A DNA stretch of 64,000 nt from Podarcis liolepis (Eukaryota), in the NCBI GenBank assembly GCA_965112155.1, contig OZ218107.1; one strand, 5' to 3'. The notes under the pieces are model-generated. The model did not search any database. It saw only the letters and a list, made by a program, of their open reading frames with translations, and was not told the DNA's origin. This document shows, in pieces, positions 12,523 to 24,895 of the stretch (the stretch's first letter is position 1; every line of letters starts with the position of its first letter). The translations under genes and the position numbers were made by a program.

Positions 12523-13089
12523 CCATAGAATGAGGTGACTGAATGCTGAGGAAGTACAGCTGGCTGCATCACCTCAGACGCCGGCTCTGGAGTTGAGTCA
12601 TGTTTTTGAAAGCTCACCTGTGGAGCAATGTAGAAAAACAAACTCAGAAGGGAGAAACTTTTCTCTTTGATGGGCTAGTTTGCTGGTAGTTAGCACCCCA
12701 CCTGCATCCTGAAAAGGTAAAATCGGGGCCACTTTGTGGCTTGAGGGGCTTCAGTTGCTTTTAGGTGGCTGAAAACCGCCATTTAAATTTCCCACAATGC
12801 TCCTGGCAACAGTACGATAGGGTTGCCACAGGAAATCAAAATGGCAGCGGTCCCTCTTACTGTTTTAAAGCAGGGCCCAGGGCAGCTGCCTGAAAGTGCT
12901 GTGTATTGACACACATGGTGGCTACAGAGAACAGTCCTGTGGTTGAAGGCGTCTTCTGCTTGAAGTGTTGTCTGGTTCAAATCTGGGTTAAATGCAATGA
13001 GCTAAAGGAAAGGAAAGGTCTCGCAGTTCTCCATCAACTGTCGGTATTTGACTGAGCTGGGATGCAGGTCACCTGGCTGCAGTCATTCC

Positions 13090-13290
13090 CACAATGGTAA
13101 AATTGATTTCTAGTCCCAGGTTCAAATCCACACTCAATCTATGACACTCACTGGGTTACTAGGGCCAGTCACTGCCTCTCAAACTAGCCTATCGCACAGG
13201 GTTGCTGTGAGGATAAAATACGTTTGTGGGTGTCGGTATGTAACCATTTACACCATACTGAGTCCATTGGGTTAAAGATGGGATATAAAT
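13090..13290 (+). mobile_element. Old MIR/CORE-like SINE remnant
   Basis: B-box-like GGTTCAAATCC followed by CAGGGTTGCTGTGAGGATAAAA; boundaries approximate. Confidence 0.5.
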
Positions 13291-15664
13291 GTAGTAATAA
13301 AATGTACATTCATACATATAAATTATTCTTATTCTAATTAATTTGCATACCACCCTATAACCTGCATATCTCAGGGTGGTTCACAACATAAAAATCACAA
13401 AATAAAAACACGAAATACATAATAAAAATGAAAGCAAGTACAACCCAACAATCCCCCCCAACAACACATTTTAAAAAGACATTTATTTTGCATAAAAGTG
13501 GTATATGTTTATATCTGAAATGACACAGACACGGACACACACACACTTCACTTTTCTCAAGGTAATGGTTTCCTCTTCTGATTTTTCTGCTTGCCTTTGG
13601 CTGCTAAATGAAAGAGTTGCTCCCTCTACAGGACACTTCTGAAAGTAATAATCAACTTATTTTAGGGATGAAGTGGGTATACGATTTCTATTCCACTGTA
13701 ATAGAAATAGGAAATAAGTGTTGTAGCAATTTACATTTATTTATTTATATTTTTATTTACTTATTTCATAAAATTTATACACCACTTGATAAAAGTTCAA
13801 TAAAGATGACTGTTTACCACTACCTGTGACGTACTGCCAAATGAGTGAGGATAATTTTCTTACCCCTTTCTTCTGATCATATGCAAAAAGGTGGTAAAGA
13901 TTTTCCCCCTCTGTTTGGCAGAATGCTTCAGATGACTGGCTTGCCATTTAGCTTACCATCTTCAACTATGTAGTGAGAAATGGGCAAAGTGGAGGTCCTG
14001 AGTCATCGTAATCTTTCAATCCTTAGAAGATAGGATGGTTTGGAAGCCGGTCCCCAAACCAGACTGAACAGCTCTGGATTCAGAGTACATTAAAGCCTGT
14101 ACAAAGCATATTGAAGTAATCAATTCTATCCCGTTTCCTCCAGAACCGGGTAGAAAATATCTTGTCTAATGTGTAAATAAACTATCACATTCAGTTCACA
14201 TTTAAAGGCGTACCTACCTAATTCACAATTTCTGAAACAACACAGCTGAAATCCATCCATCCTTCAAAATTCACATTTCCCTAAATTTTGCAGTACTCAA
14301 GCTGTGTAATGCATACAGAAATGTATATCTTAGGGTAAATTGCCTAATACACATATTAGGCAAAATTGCATATAAACATGGGTATAATAGGAGAAATTTG
14401 CATTAACATGCTTATGAATTTTTATGAGAATTTTCAGAAAAATCACAAAATGATGTGAAAATGTGGAGAGCAGTTTTTAAGACTGGGGGGGGGGGGGGGG
14501 AGAAAAACTGAACAACTGACAGACTTGCCCATCCCACCTATTTCAGTGGGAAGGAGTAAGTATATGTGTAACTCAACAAGGATCAATGGGACTAGGCCTC
14601 AGTTATCTACAAATATTTACCTTTGGCTGAATCATGCCTCTAATCACCTTAAACCCCAATTTTTCATTCCTCATTTTATTGTCCACATGGGGGAACCAAA
14701 TGTATTGACTTTAGGCAGCTGTATGTAAACAAACACCTATAAAGACTTTGCAGAGTAAAAACCAAACTCCTGACAGAGCCTTCTTTCAGTTTCACAGGCA
14801 TTGTATTCTAGCAGTAAAAAAAGAAAAGGAAAAATCTGGCATAACAGATTAAAGTGTAAACAGAAAGTCTGCTGAACCTAAAGGACAGGAGAGAGCTATA
14901 GCTCTTTATTAACCTGGAGAGATTCATCTATCAAGATTTCACATCTGTCTCTTGCTTCTTCTTCTTCTTAAGACAAAGATTTAATGTTTGCCCTGCCACT
15001 CCCCAAGTTTGGATTTAGAGCTTTGACCTTGGATCCCTTCCCATATGCTTTTGGTGCTGTGCTTATTAGCCTAAAAGTACATGCTGTATTTGTGTGCTTC
15101 AGAGGGTACAGTTGGACTGAAAGGCTGGAGACTTTAGGTGCAACCAGGAGCAAATATTAGAGCAACCGTTCCCCCACCAAATGAAGTTGGTCTAGGGCAG
15201 AAGTGGGGAATGTGTACCTCCTTAAGATGTCTCTGGACTGCAGCTCCCTGAGTACTGGTCATGCTGACTGGGTCTAATGGGAGTTGGAGTCTTAACAACT
15301 GGAAGACCATCTTTGGTCTCAGGGGGGGGGGGAGACTCGAGATACATTGTATTAGGCATTGTGGATATTTTCCTCCCACATATGCCAACATTTGTGATCT
15401 CTCTTATGTCTCTATCTTCAGATCAAGCTCTAGGAACTCGACGCTGTTCTCTTTTCTTGAGTGAACGCTTTTCTCCCCCCCTCCCTTTTCTCTCCTTTAA
15501 TTTGTTAGATCCATTTCATTATTTTTTTTCAGGCAGACATCAATATTTTCATTTTTTTTAAGGGTGCCAGCATGTAATATCAAAATGCAGTTTCCAATAC
15601 GTACGATATAAGTAAAAGCAACTGTAAAAATAAGTAAAACAATTGTTTAAAATACAACAGACTA

Positions 15665-15894
15665 CAGTGGTACCTCTGGTTACAAACACCTCGGGTTGCA
15701 GACTCCACTAACCTGGAAGTAGTACGTCAGGTTAAGAACTTTACCTCAGGATGAGAACAGAAATCGTGCGCCGGTGGAATGGCGGCAGCAGTGGGAGGCC
15801 CCATTAGCTAAAAGTGGTACCTCAGGTTAAGAATGGTTTCAGGTTAAGAACGGACCTCCAGAATAAATTAAGTTCATAACCAGAGGTACCACTG
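15665..15894. mobile_element. Tc1/mariner-type MITE, family A
   Basis: CAGTGGTACCTCTGGTTA TIRs, TA flanks. Confidence 0.9.
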
Positions 15895-17037
15895 TAACAG
15901 CAGATAAAGCCTTATCAGCTCAGTTTGTTTGTTGTTGTTTTTTTTAAAAGTAAAATATTTTCTACAGCAGCCTTTCCTTTCCCTTTCTTTTCTTAAATTA
16001 CAGTTTCAGCAGGAGCCAGGATTGGGACTACAATGAAGGGGTCATGCTACAGACCTGACAAAAAAATAAAATAAACCACCCTCCAACTTATTCACAATCA
16101 ACAGGTCTGGATGGAGACTTGATATTCCACACACACATCCTGAAGCAGAAAAATCACAACTGGTGCATTGCTGCTAAATCACTCATATCTGGAGGCATCC
16201 TGGACTTTATATATGAAACAGGTAGTCTACCACTGAGTTATGAACTCAGTCCAAATAGATCCTAAAGCAATCATGTACAAGGCAAAGCGGCAAAGTATCA
16301 GACTCTTCAGGGAACTACTCAGCAAACACTGTCAAGTCAAAAGTCTGGATATTTGAATTAGCCTTCTTTTGGGATTCAAAACTTGAGACGCTTTTGCAGT
16401 TCCATCCCTTCCTCAATTTGTGCACCATTGTCAATAATAAAATAATTCACCAGACTGGCCTTAATTTTTTCATTAAAAAAACCACATACCCAGTGGACAC
16501 ACGTAAAGCCCAATTAAAATAAAACTAAATCTGCAAAACAAGGCGGCTTAAGTGTTCTTACACGTATTTCAGGCACACGTTATGGCTTGGTTTGTCTCAT
16601 GAATACCTCAGCACTAATATCCCCAGAGTCTGTTTAAATGAACTGGCTGTACCCAATATGAAAGGGCATGAGTTTCAATCTAGTTCAATTCCAGACAAAC
16701 TATGTGAAATCAAACAAAGGAAAGCTGGAAGAATTGCTTGCCTCAAATTACACTGTAGATATAAAAGACTTATCCTGAAATAATAGCTTATGGCAGGAAT
16801 AATGGGCTTTATTAATATATTCAATTACTCATGGCAGTGCCTATACATTGAATTGTATGAATAGTTCACCATTCACACATAATCTTAGAGGGGGGGAAAT
16901 ATTCTGCTTGAGGCTAAGATGGAAATTAATTTGTTTGTTGAAGCTTGCCCTGTTTACAGTTTTAGCTATTGTTTCTGCAGTTGAAAGGGTTGCACTTAGT
17001 ACTGCCAACAGATTTAATAAAGTTTATTCCCGATGTT

Positions 17038-17521
17038 AGAGACATCACCTTGCCAACAAAGGTTCGTATAGTAAAAGCTATGGTTTTCTCAGTAGTGATG
17101 TATGGAAGTGAGAGCTGGACCATAAAGAAGACTGATCACCGAAGAATTGATGCTTTTGAATTATAGTGCTGGAGGAGACTCTTGAGAGTCCCATGGACTG
17201 CAAGAAGATCAAACCTATCCATTAAGGAAGGAAATCAGCCCTGAGTGCTCAGTGGAAGGACAGATCGTGAAGCTGAGGCTCCAATACTTTGGCCACCTCA
17301 TGAGAAGAGAAGACTCCCTGGAAAAGACCCTGATGTTGGGAAAGATGGAGGGCACAAGGAGAAGGGGACGACAGAGGACGAGATGGTTGGACAGTGTTCT
17401 CGAAGCTACTAGCATGAGTTTGACCAAACTGCGGGAGGCAGTGGAAGACAGGAGTGCCTGGCGTGCTCTGGTCCATGGGGTCACGAAGAGTCGGACACGA
17501 CTAAACGACTAAACAACAACA
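17038..17521 (+). mobile_element. BovB (RTE clade) LINE, 5'-truncated 3' end
   Basis: Encodes RDITLPTKVRIVKAMVF...RRIDAFEL* and KLRLQYFGHLMRREDSLEKTLMLGKMEG...VHGVTKSRTRLND; (CAA)n tail; TSD ATTCCCGATGTT (17026-17037) / ATTCCTGATGTT (17522-17533). Premature TAG and a frameshift. Confidence 0.93.
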
Positions 17522-19780
17522 ATTCCTGATGTTGAAAACTAGGAATACAACTGATTTGCAATATTTGGAGAAGGGGCAAATGTGAAGGAGAGTGATGTTT
17601 TGACCTGCACATTAGTCTGGGAGTTGTGGATCAGCTCAGCTCATATTGGAATCCACAAGAATCACATTCCTTTTGCATCTCTAGTCCAGGGTATCTGATG
17701 GAGTGCTCTCCTCTGAGTTCTACCTGTCTCTGAGGTCAGATTTCTAAGTCTATGGGACACAACCTTCTCCATAATGACACTCAGATCCTTGAATTCCCTT
17801 CCTTAGGAGGTGTGTTTCTTTCGCACACTTTTTCTGTTAAGTGACCATTTTTATTCCCCGATTCTAATGTTTTGTTGCTTTTATTTTGCAACTGGGAGAT
17901 TTGAATCATTTATTTCTTGGTTGTATTTGATTAGGTTGTTTACTTCCTTGCAAACACACCCCTTCAGGCTGGAAAGTGGCATGTAAAAATATACAACAAC
18001 AATTAAGACTTATAGAATACCATGTTGTCATGGTGCCTAGAAAATGCTGAGATCTTCTTCCATGGCCATCAGCAGACCAAGTTGCCACTATAATCCATTA
18101 TCTGGCCACAATAGGTGGGGAGTAAGTGAACAAAATGGACCCTGGAAACTCATGGGGCTGTTGCATTTGTGATGGGCTTCTGAAGACCCGGCATGAAATA
18201 AACCTTTCACCAGACACAATGCTAATAGAGTCATCAGTCTGGCACATCAGTAATGCTGAAAAGAAAGTCTGCTAATCCCCTCTGCAGTCTCCCGCTTTAT
18301 GCCCTTAGGCTGCAAAGAGACTTGCCAAGTAAAGGGAAATAACTGGCTGCAAATATCTTCTCTCAGCTGTTATCTACTCCATTAAGGATCTAGGTGAGAC
18401 CAACCTCTGCTGAGGACAATGCTGTACAAAATATCTGCGATTATCCTGCTGACTTTGCTATGAGATTTATAGTCATCCTCATCCCTCTCTCTGCTCAGGT
18501 TGAGGGACTGCCCAGGGCTTTCAGATCATGCCATTTACATCTGGAGGAGAGCAGTTCACCATAGAATTAATTCTCTTCAGTTGCAATCCTTAACTCACTT
18601 ACCTGGGAGTTAGCCCCATTGAACTCCATCAGACTTAATAATAATAATTTATTTATACCCCACCCATCTGGCTGGGCTGTCCCAGCCACTCTGGGTGGCT
18701 TCCAACACATAAAATAATAATAATAAAACATCAAACATTATTAGTAACAATCTGATCCTATATAAAAAGTCTGGGCAGACATGGTAAGGATCATATTGTT
18801 AGTATGGTGGCAGCATCAGTATGCATGCATTATATACCAAGAAATGAATTTCTGCCTGCGAACTGGGAAAAAAGGGGTTGTACATTGTTTACAACTGGTT
18901 AAATGAACTGACAAATAACATGATTGGAAAAAAAGAGTGCTGAGAATTCTATAGGGCAAAAAATAAAAATTGCAGCTCTTCCAGGAAATGATTGTGCATT
19001 TTTCTCCCAGTAAAGGACTTCTGTGTAAAAAAGAAAAAAGTACAACATTTGTGCATAGCAATCATTGCACATGACAAATGCCTAGACAAATGTTTTGCAT
19101 GTGTGCCGTTTGGTAAACTGCTATGAATGGCAGCTTACACTATGGGCTTTGCAATACTCAGTTTTAGGTACCTACACACATGCATGATAGCCACATGCAA
19201 CACATAGGTTCCATGCTTTTGCCAGTATGGAAATAATCCCAAGTGTGTAAGAAAAGTGTGATGTGCAAAGTGGCATAAGATAGTCTCCAAAGCAGTTGCT
19301 GTTCCACCCCAATTTCTTTACAGTCATTGCAAATACAGTTAAAAGCAAGTAATAATCACAATGGATTGTATCTTAGTCTATTCACTGCCACAAGATGTGG
19401 TGAATGCTAGGACAACACCTTTGTGGCATGTGGTTACCACTACTAGGAATACGCTCATGAGTTAATCTAAGGCCCCCATCCCAAACTGAATTGGGCTTTG
19501 GTAGAGACAGTCAGGCAGGTTTTAAAACCCTGATTACGCATGTGGTTGCGAGGGGGTGTGCATCTCATTTTGCCCCCTTCCAACCATGTTTAATTAGGAT
19601 TTAAAATCCTAATAAAACATTAGGGCTGGCTCCCAAAATCAATTCAGGACCTCTGCCTGGGTCAAGCCGGCTCTGGATTGTCCCATATCATATTTGTGCC
19701 AATCCAAAGTTCTGGTCCCAGATCAATATTTGTGTGTGCGCAGCCATAACTACTGTACTGTACAATTGTAGCATCACATG

Positions 19781-20440
19781 TGTTCCAAACCCCTGGCCTA
19801 CCTGGCAGCAAGTCAGTAGGCCAAGTCCAAAGTCTGAGGGTTGATTCACACAAGCAAAGTCCAAAGGTCAGGAAATGAGGCACAGGGTCAATGCAAGTAG
19901 CCAAGCCTGAAGTCCAACAGCCAGGTACAGTCCAGAGTCAAACCCAAAGCACAGTCCCATGGCGGTCCAGGAACATCCAAGTCACGGTCCCTCAACATGG
20001 ACAGTTGAGAAGCCACTGCACCTCACTTCTGCTTCCCTTTTATACTATTCCTGCTGATTGCCTCATCTGGGCTTGATGAGGCAGGTGATTCTCATCTGCT
20101 CCAAGCCTACTCCAGCTGAGGAATCACCCAGCTCCTCCCAGAGCTAGTGAGTCCCACCTGGCCAGCTAGGGAGCTGGGCTGTGGGCATTTGCCTGCCTCA
20201 GCCTCCTAGAGCACCTCACCTGCTGCTCCCTATGCCTCAGAGCCCGCCATATTTGTGGAGACTGGGGCCCCTCTGGGTCTGGTGATAGGTCCTGCTGCTC
20301 TGGTTCCTGTGCCCTGACCCTCATCCCCTCACCATCCTCCATCACCCCATGAGTACTTCCTACACCAACCTCCCCTTTCCCACCTCCAGCTTGTCCCGGT
20401 GTTTCCCAGTCCTGGCTACAGCCCTTGCTGGTTCATGACA
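19781..20440 (-). mobile_element. Probable solo LTR (660 bp)
   Basis: TG...CA termini; TATAAAA on minus strand at 20038-20044; 5-bp flanks ACATG/AAATG (4/5 match); no internal sequence adjacent. Confidence 0.65.
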
Positions 20441-21102
20441 AAATGAATGGAGATGCACATATGCACATTGGGCATGGCTACTTTTGAGGTCCTGAGCATC
20501 TCCGGTAATTGCTTGCATGCTTGCTTGTTTACATGATTTCTAACGCACCCATCACCAAGAAGACTCCAGGGTTTTGTGAGACCAAAGCTGCTAAAGGTGG
20601 CATCTTTTAATGTCTGCTATGCCTGTTCAGTTTTGAATCGCAGGGTTATAATGAAGATATGCGTAGATAGAGCTATATTCTGGCATAGCCTGTGCACTTG
20701 GGACAGGGTGGGAAAGATAAATTTATCAATTTAGTTCTAGTCAAGTGAAGCCATGTGTTTAAGTCATGGCAGGAGAGCATAGCACAGATTCTTTATTTTC
20801 CTCATTAAGTGTTTCTCTCTCCACCTTGCTCAGTGTCTATTCATAATGTGGATGGTCTAGAAGACTCATTTGCATAAAACAGTTACTATGATAGGAGTCC
20901 TTAAATATATTTACAAAATGTTCTGGCAGACTGAGTAATACTTTCACTAGCCTCAGCTAAAATGAATCCTATGACTGCAAATAAAACGTGTTAAGTGTGT
21001 TTTAAGTGCAAGATACAATGTGACACTAGATAGTGATGGTGAGCCTGATGGAAAATTCAGTGTGTTTAAAAAAAGAACTTTTTTTTAAAAAGTCTTTTCA
21101 GA

Positions 21103-21449
21103 GTGGTGCTGTGGGTTAAACCACAGAGCCTAGGACTTGCCAATCAGAAGGTCGGTGGTTCGAATCCCTGCGACGGGGTGAACTCCCATTGCTTGGTCCC
21201 TGCTCCTGCCAACCTAGCAGTTCGAAAGAACATCAAAGTGCAAGTAGATAAATAGGTACTGTTCCAGAGGGAATGTAAATAGTGTTTCTGTGCGCTGCTT
21301 TGGTTTGCCAGAAATGGCTTAGTCATGCTGGCCACATGACCCGGAAGCTGTACGCTGGCTCCCTTGGCCAATAAAGCGAGATGAGCGCCGCAACCCCAGC
21401 GTTGGCCACGACTGGACCTAATGGTCAGGGGTCCCTTTACTTTTACCTT
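21103..21449 (+). mobile_element. Sauria SINE
   Basis: GTGGTGCTGTGGGTTAAACCACAGAGCC head, GGTTCGAATCCC B box, CTTTACTTTTACCTT tail. Confidence 0.9.
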
Positions 21450-21505
21450 AGATTCCACGTTATTTAGCTCATGAACAAGTCATTGGCCAAGACCACACCC
21501 CCATT

Positions 21506-21762
21506 CAGAGGCAGAGCTACCTGCTCCAGCACCCAGAGCGGTGCGGGGGCGGGGCTAGCTGGCCCGGGGGTGAGTGTCGGGATGAGCGTCCGGAGGGGTG
21601 GTGGTGCTGCTAGCATCTTACTGCCCGCTCCTTACTGCCCGCACGGCGAGTGTCAGGGCAGGGTGCCACCATCTGCCCGTGTAGCCAGCGTCCGGGGGGG
21701 GGGGCACAGCGAGGGTGACCCGGGGCAGACTGCACCCCCTGCACCCCCTTCCTCTGCCAGTG
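21506..21762. mobile_element. GC-rich non-autonomous hAT-like element
   Basis: CAGAGGCAGAG...CTCTGCCAGTG ends; 8-bp flanks CCCCCATT/CCCACATT (7/8). Confidence 0.65.
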
Positions 21763-23343
21763 CCCACATTTTAAAGTGACATTTGAAGAGGGGAATACTA
21801 AAAATAAAATAAAAAATGAGACCTATTTTTAACATTTAACATGGCTGAATTTTCCCAAAAAAGCTCTGCTGTTAAAGGAACATTTATCTTCCTTTACGCT
21901 GCGTTTTTCTACTGTAATAACTAGTTGCTACTAATCCATAATTCTTCCAACAGGTGTTTGGCACAATATGGCTTCAGGCACCACTGAGCTATAAACTCCC
22001 TTGCCTGTTTTCCAGCTTTCCCAGTACAAGAAATAAAAAAGAAGACGACGGTTCTTGTGTGATTTGTCAATTCCCATGTGAGATTAGTACGGATGCGGGT
22101 GATTAAGTGCCAGCCTCTAAATCCTAGTTGTCCCCCAAGTTCTCAGGCAGGCAGGAAGTGTAAAATGTGGAAGAGAAAGAGGGGGTGGGGAGGATATTGC
22201 ATGTTTGCAGCTGATGAAATATGAGTCATTCAAGCTAGGGCGGTGTTAAGCAGGAAGAATATTTAACAAAAAAACTGGTTGATTAAAGAATTCCTGGAGT
22301 GAAGTTTGTTAAAAGAAGCTCTGCTGCTAAACTGCAAGTTAAGTTGCATTCATTTAGATGGAATATTTCTAGTGTAACAACCCCTCATTAATTCAGAATC
22401 CTTGAACCAGATGTATGTAGCGGGTCGCAGTAACAGGAGCCGGTGACCACTTGGGTATAAAAACTGGATTGCGTAAAGTGGGGGCAGAGCAACCACCAGT
22501 TGTACATTTGTGGAAATAAGCATGCCTGCTTATTCACTCAGCCACTCTATGTGTCAAGGGAGAAGAGGAAGAAGTTGGTTCTTAATGGGCTCAGCTTGTT
22601 TAAAAACAGCTTAAAGCCACTTCCTGTGCTATTAAGTCCCTATGCCAGTGTGTGTGTGTGTGGGGGGGGGGGACAGTGCTGTCCCAACCCCTTCCTCCTC
22701 AGTCTCTCAATACATCTCAACAGGGTCTATTTTACATTTTGTTCAATTTAAACAATAAAAAAGGGAATGCACCACCCGATCACCTCAGACCTGGAAGAAC
22801 AGTTGCTGCTTGGATGAATTTAATGTGGTAGACTCATTGCTACAATTAAATGACAATTTACTAGTAGCAGTGAATCATGGATTAGGCGCAACTTCCTCTG
22901 TATCCAGCTGGCCTATGACATCTGGGCAGGGCAGAGGAGTGGTGAGGGCTTTGTGGACATTGGCCAGCGTGCTGCGTTGCCTCTTCCAGTGTGTCGAAAT
23001 AGGATCACCCTCACCACCGCCTTGCTCCCTCCTAGCACTTCTCACATAAGCTCTGCGGCTTACAGTGCCAGGAAGACACCTCCATGGCCTTTTCCCACCA
23101 CCACGACTTCCACTGGCTTTAGATCATTTATAGACTTTATGTTTCTTTCAAGAAAATTGCGTTCATTTGTATGTAGCACTATGTGTTCAATGTTTCGGAT
23201 AATTGAAAACTTACAATCTGGCAAAAGTCATAAATAAACACCCTCTCAATAACACTTATCGGTAGATTATTCAGTGTTGCAGTCGGGGTTGTTGTTTTTT
23301 TTAAAAAAGGCCAGTATTAAGAATGTTACATTATAAAATCAAC

Positions 23344-23349
23344 TTTATT
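23344..23349 (-). terminator. Candidate distal polyadenylation signal of ANO6
   Basis: Minus strand ...TTTATTTATTATCATTGT-AATAAA-GTTGATTTTATAATG. Confidence 0.45.
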
Positions 23350-23824
23350 ACAATGATAATAAATAAAGAGAGGAGGGGAAAAAATCAGTTCAGAACATAA
23401 TAGTCAATATTACCAGAAAAAGTACGGAGAACATGTTCTTAGTAAATACTATTAAGCCAGGGGAATCCTCTGAAATATTCATTCACAGCTTGATCCCCCA
23501 AATGCTGGTCCAGCACTTCTTGCTGTGAGACGCCTGGGACTTATCACTATCACAGTTACTGTCTGTTGTTGACAAAACAGCTTGTGTTACGGTTATAGCC
23601 AAAGCCAATATATAACTAATGAAAGTAATAATTTGCAAAACAATCTTCCAGACTTTATTCCTGCGTAAACTCTTTCTAATTTCTTTAGGTCATGTACCAA
23701 AAGTCTTGTTGGCTTTTTAATCTGGTGCATAGAAGCTCTGTAAAGTGTATAATACCACTTACTGGCTGCTCTTCTTTTTAACCTCCAATTTCAAAATTAT
23801 TGTGTAGCAGTGATGTAATTAGAA

Positions 23825-24661
23825 CAGTGTTTCCCAACCTTTTTTGGGCAAAGGCACACTTGTTTCATGAAAAAAAATCTCGAGGCACACCACCATGCCA
23901 GATGGGGAAAGGTCACTTTTTACTTATGTAAAAAAAAATAAAAAAATAGTAACAGCATAGAAGGTAATGGTTAGGCTAGCATCCCTCTTCCAAATATGCT
24001 AGGTTTTTATTTGCAGGGACTGTTCTACATGGGAAAGCATTCAGCACTGTCATTCTCCCATCTGCCATCTGAATTGGTACTATTCTGGGTCAACTTACTC
24101 TGCTGCATGTGTAGATGAAAATGGCACCAAGTGTGGGGGAGGCGGCAGAAGAGGTTTCAGATACAGGATATTAAGCATACACGTACTTCAGATTGAACTG
24201 GTTGCTTGCTTTGCAAGTTTTCATTTCCCAAATGACTGCCTTGGCAAGCGCAATACCTACCAGGCTCAACGCCGGTCTCGCGCTGCCGCTTCCCACGCTC
24301 TCAAGGACCCGGGAGGAGGAAGGCGTGAAGGGAATCCCGAAGGCGCAAAAACCTCGCGCATGCGCAGGCCTTCCGCCTGCGACAGCCCAGTAGGCCGGCC
24401 GAAGCGAGCGGCGATGGGATGTGGGAGGGAGCTCGCTCACCACCCCGCGTGTGCCTATGTGGGGCACGTTACAGCCCCGTGACGTCAGCGCCACGCAGGC
24501 AGCCAGGCAGGCAGACGGCGAGAGCCCCGCGCTGGGCGGCCTCTCCTCGCCGTCGCCACCCCGCCTCTCACCGCCCGACTCGCCCGCCTCCCTCCCACGG
24601 CACACCAGGCAACGTCTCGCGGCACACTAGTGTGCCGCGGAACACTGGTTGGGAAACACTG
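23825..24661. mobile_element. Non-autonomous hAT (Charlie/Buster-like) element with CpG-island-like internal segment
   Basis: Perfect 15-bp TIR CAGTGTTTCCCAACC; exact TSD AATTAGAA (23817-23824 / 24662-24669); subterminal GGCACAC repeats. Confidence 0.9.
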
Positions 24662-24768
24662 AATTAGAAAAACATTTTTCCCCATTAGCATCATTATTGG
24701 GCCTACCTAAGTTGTTGTGGTTTTTTTAAAAAAACTGTCTGACAGAGCAGTCTTATATGGGTTTAAGT

Positions 24769-24895
24769 TACAGATAGGTAGCCGTGTTGGTCTGCCATAG
24801 TCAAAATAAAAAAATTCCTTCCAGTAGCACCTTAAAGACCAACTAAGTTAGTTCTTGGTATGAGCTTTCGTGTGCATGCACACTTCTTCAGATAC
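24769..24895 (-). mobile_element. Penelope-like element terminal (pLTR) fragment, 127 bp
   Basis: Exact 12-bp flanking duplication ATGGGTTTAAGT (24757-24768 / 24896-24907); carries a minimal hammerhead motif typical of Penelope pLTRs. Confidence 0.75.
24858..24895 (-). ncRNA. Minimal type I hammerhead ribozyme motif
   Basis: Minus strand GUAU-CUGAAGA-A-GUGUGCAUGCACAC-GAAA-GC-UC^AUAC: core CUGANGA and GAAA, palindromic stem II, minimal palindromic stem III (AGCU), UC site, 4-bp stem I. Confidence 0.8.

Noticed and set aside
18180-18210. Other CTGANGA motifs as additional hammerheads (also ~8780, ~48106, ~61841)
   Set aside because: No stem II, GAAA and stem I arrangement visible by eye; an Infernal scan would be definitive.
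24171-24694. Several 66-144-aa ORFs suggesting a gene at a CpG island
   Set aside because: Stop-poor GC-rich DNA, almost wholly inside a TIR/TSD-bounded transposon; low-complexity products.
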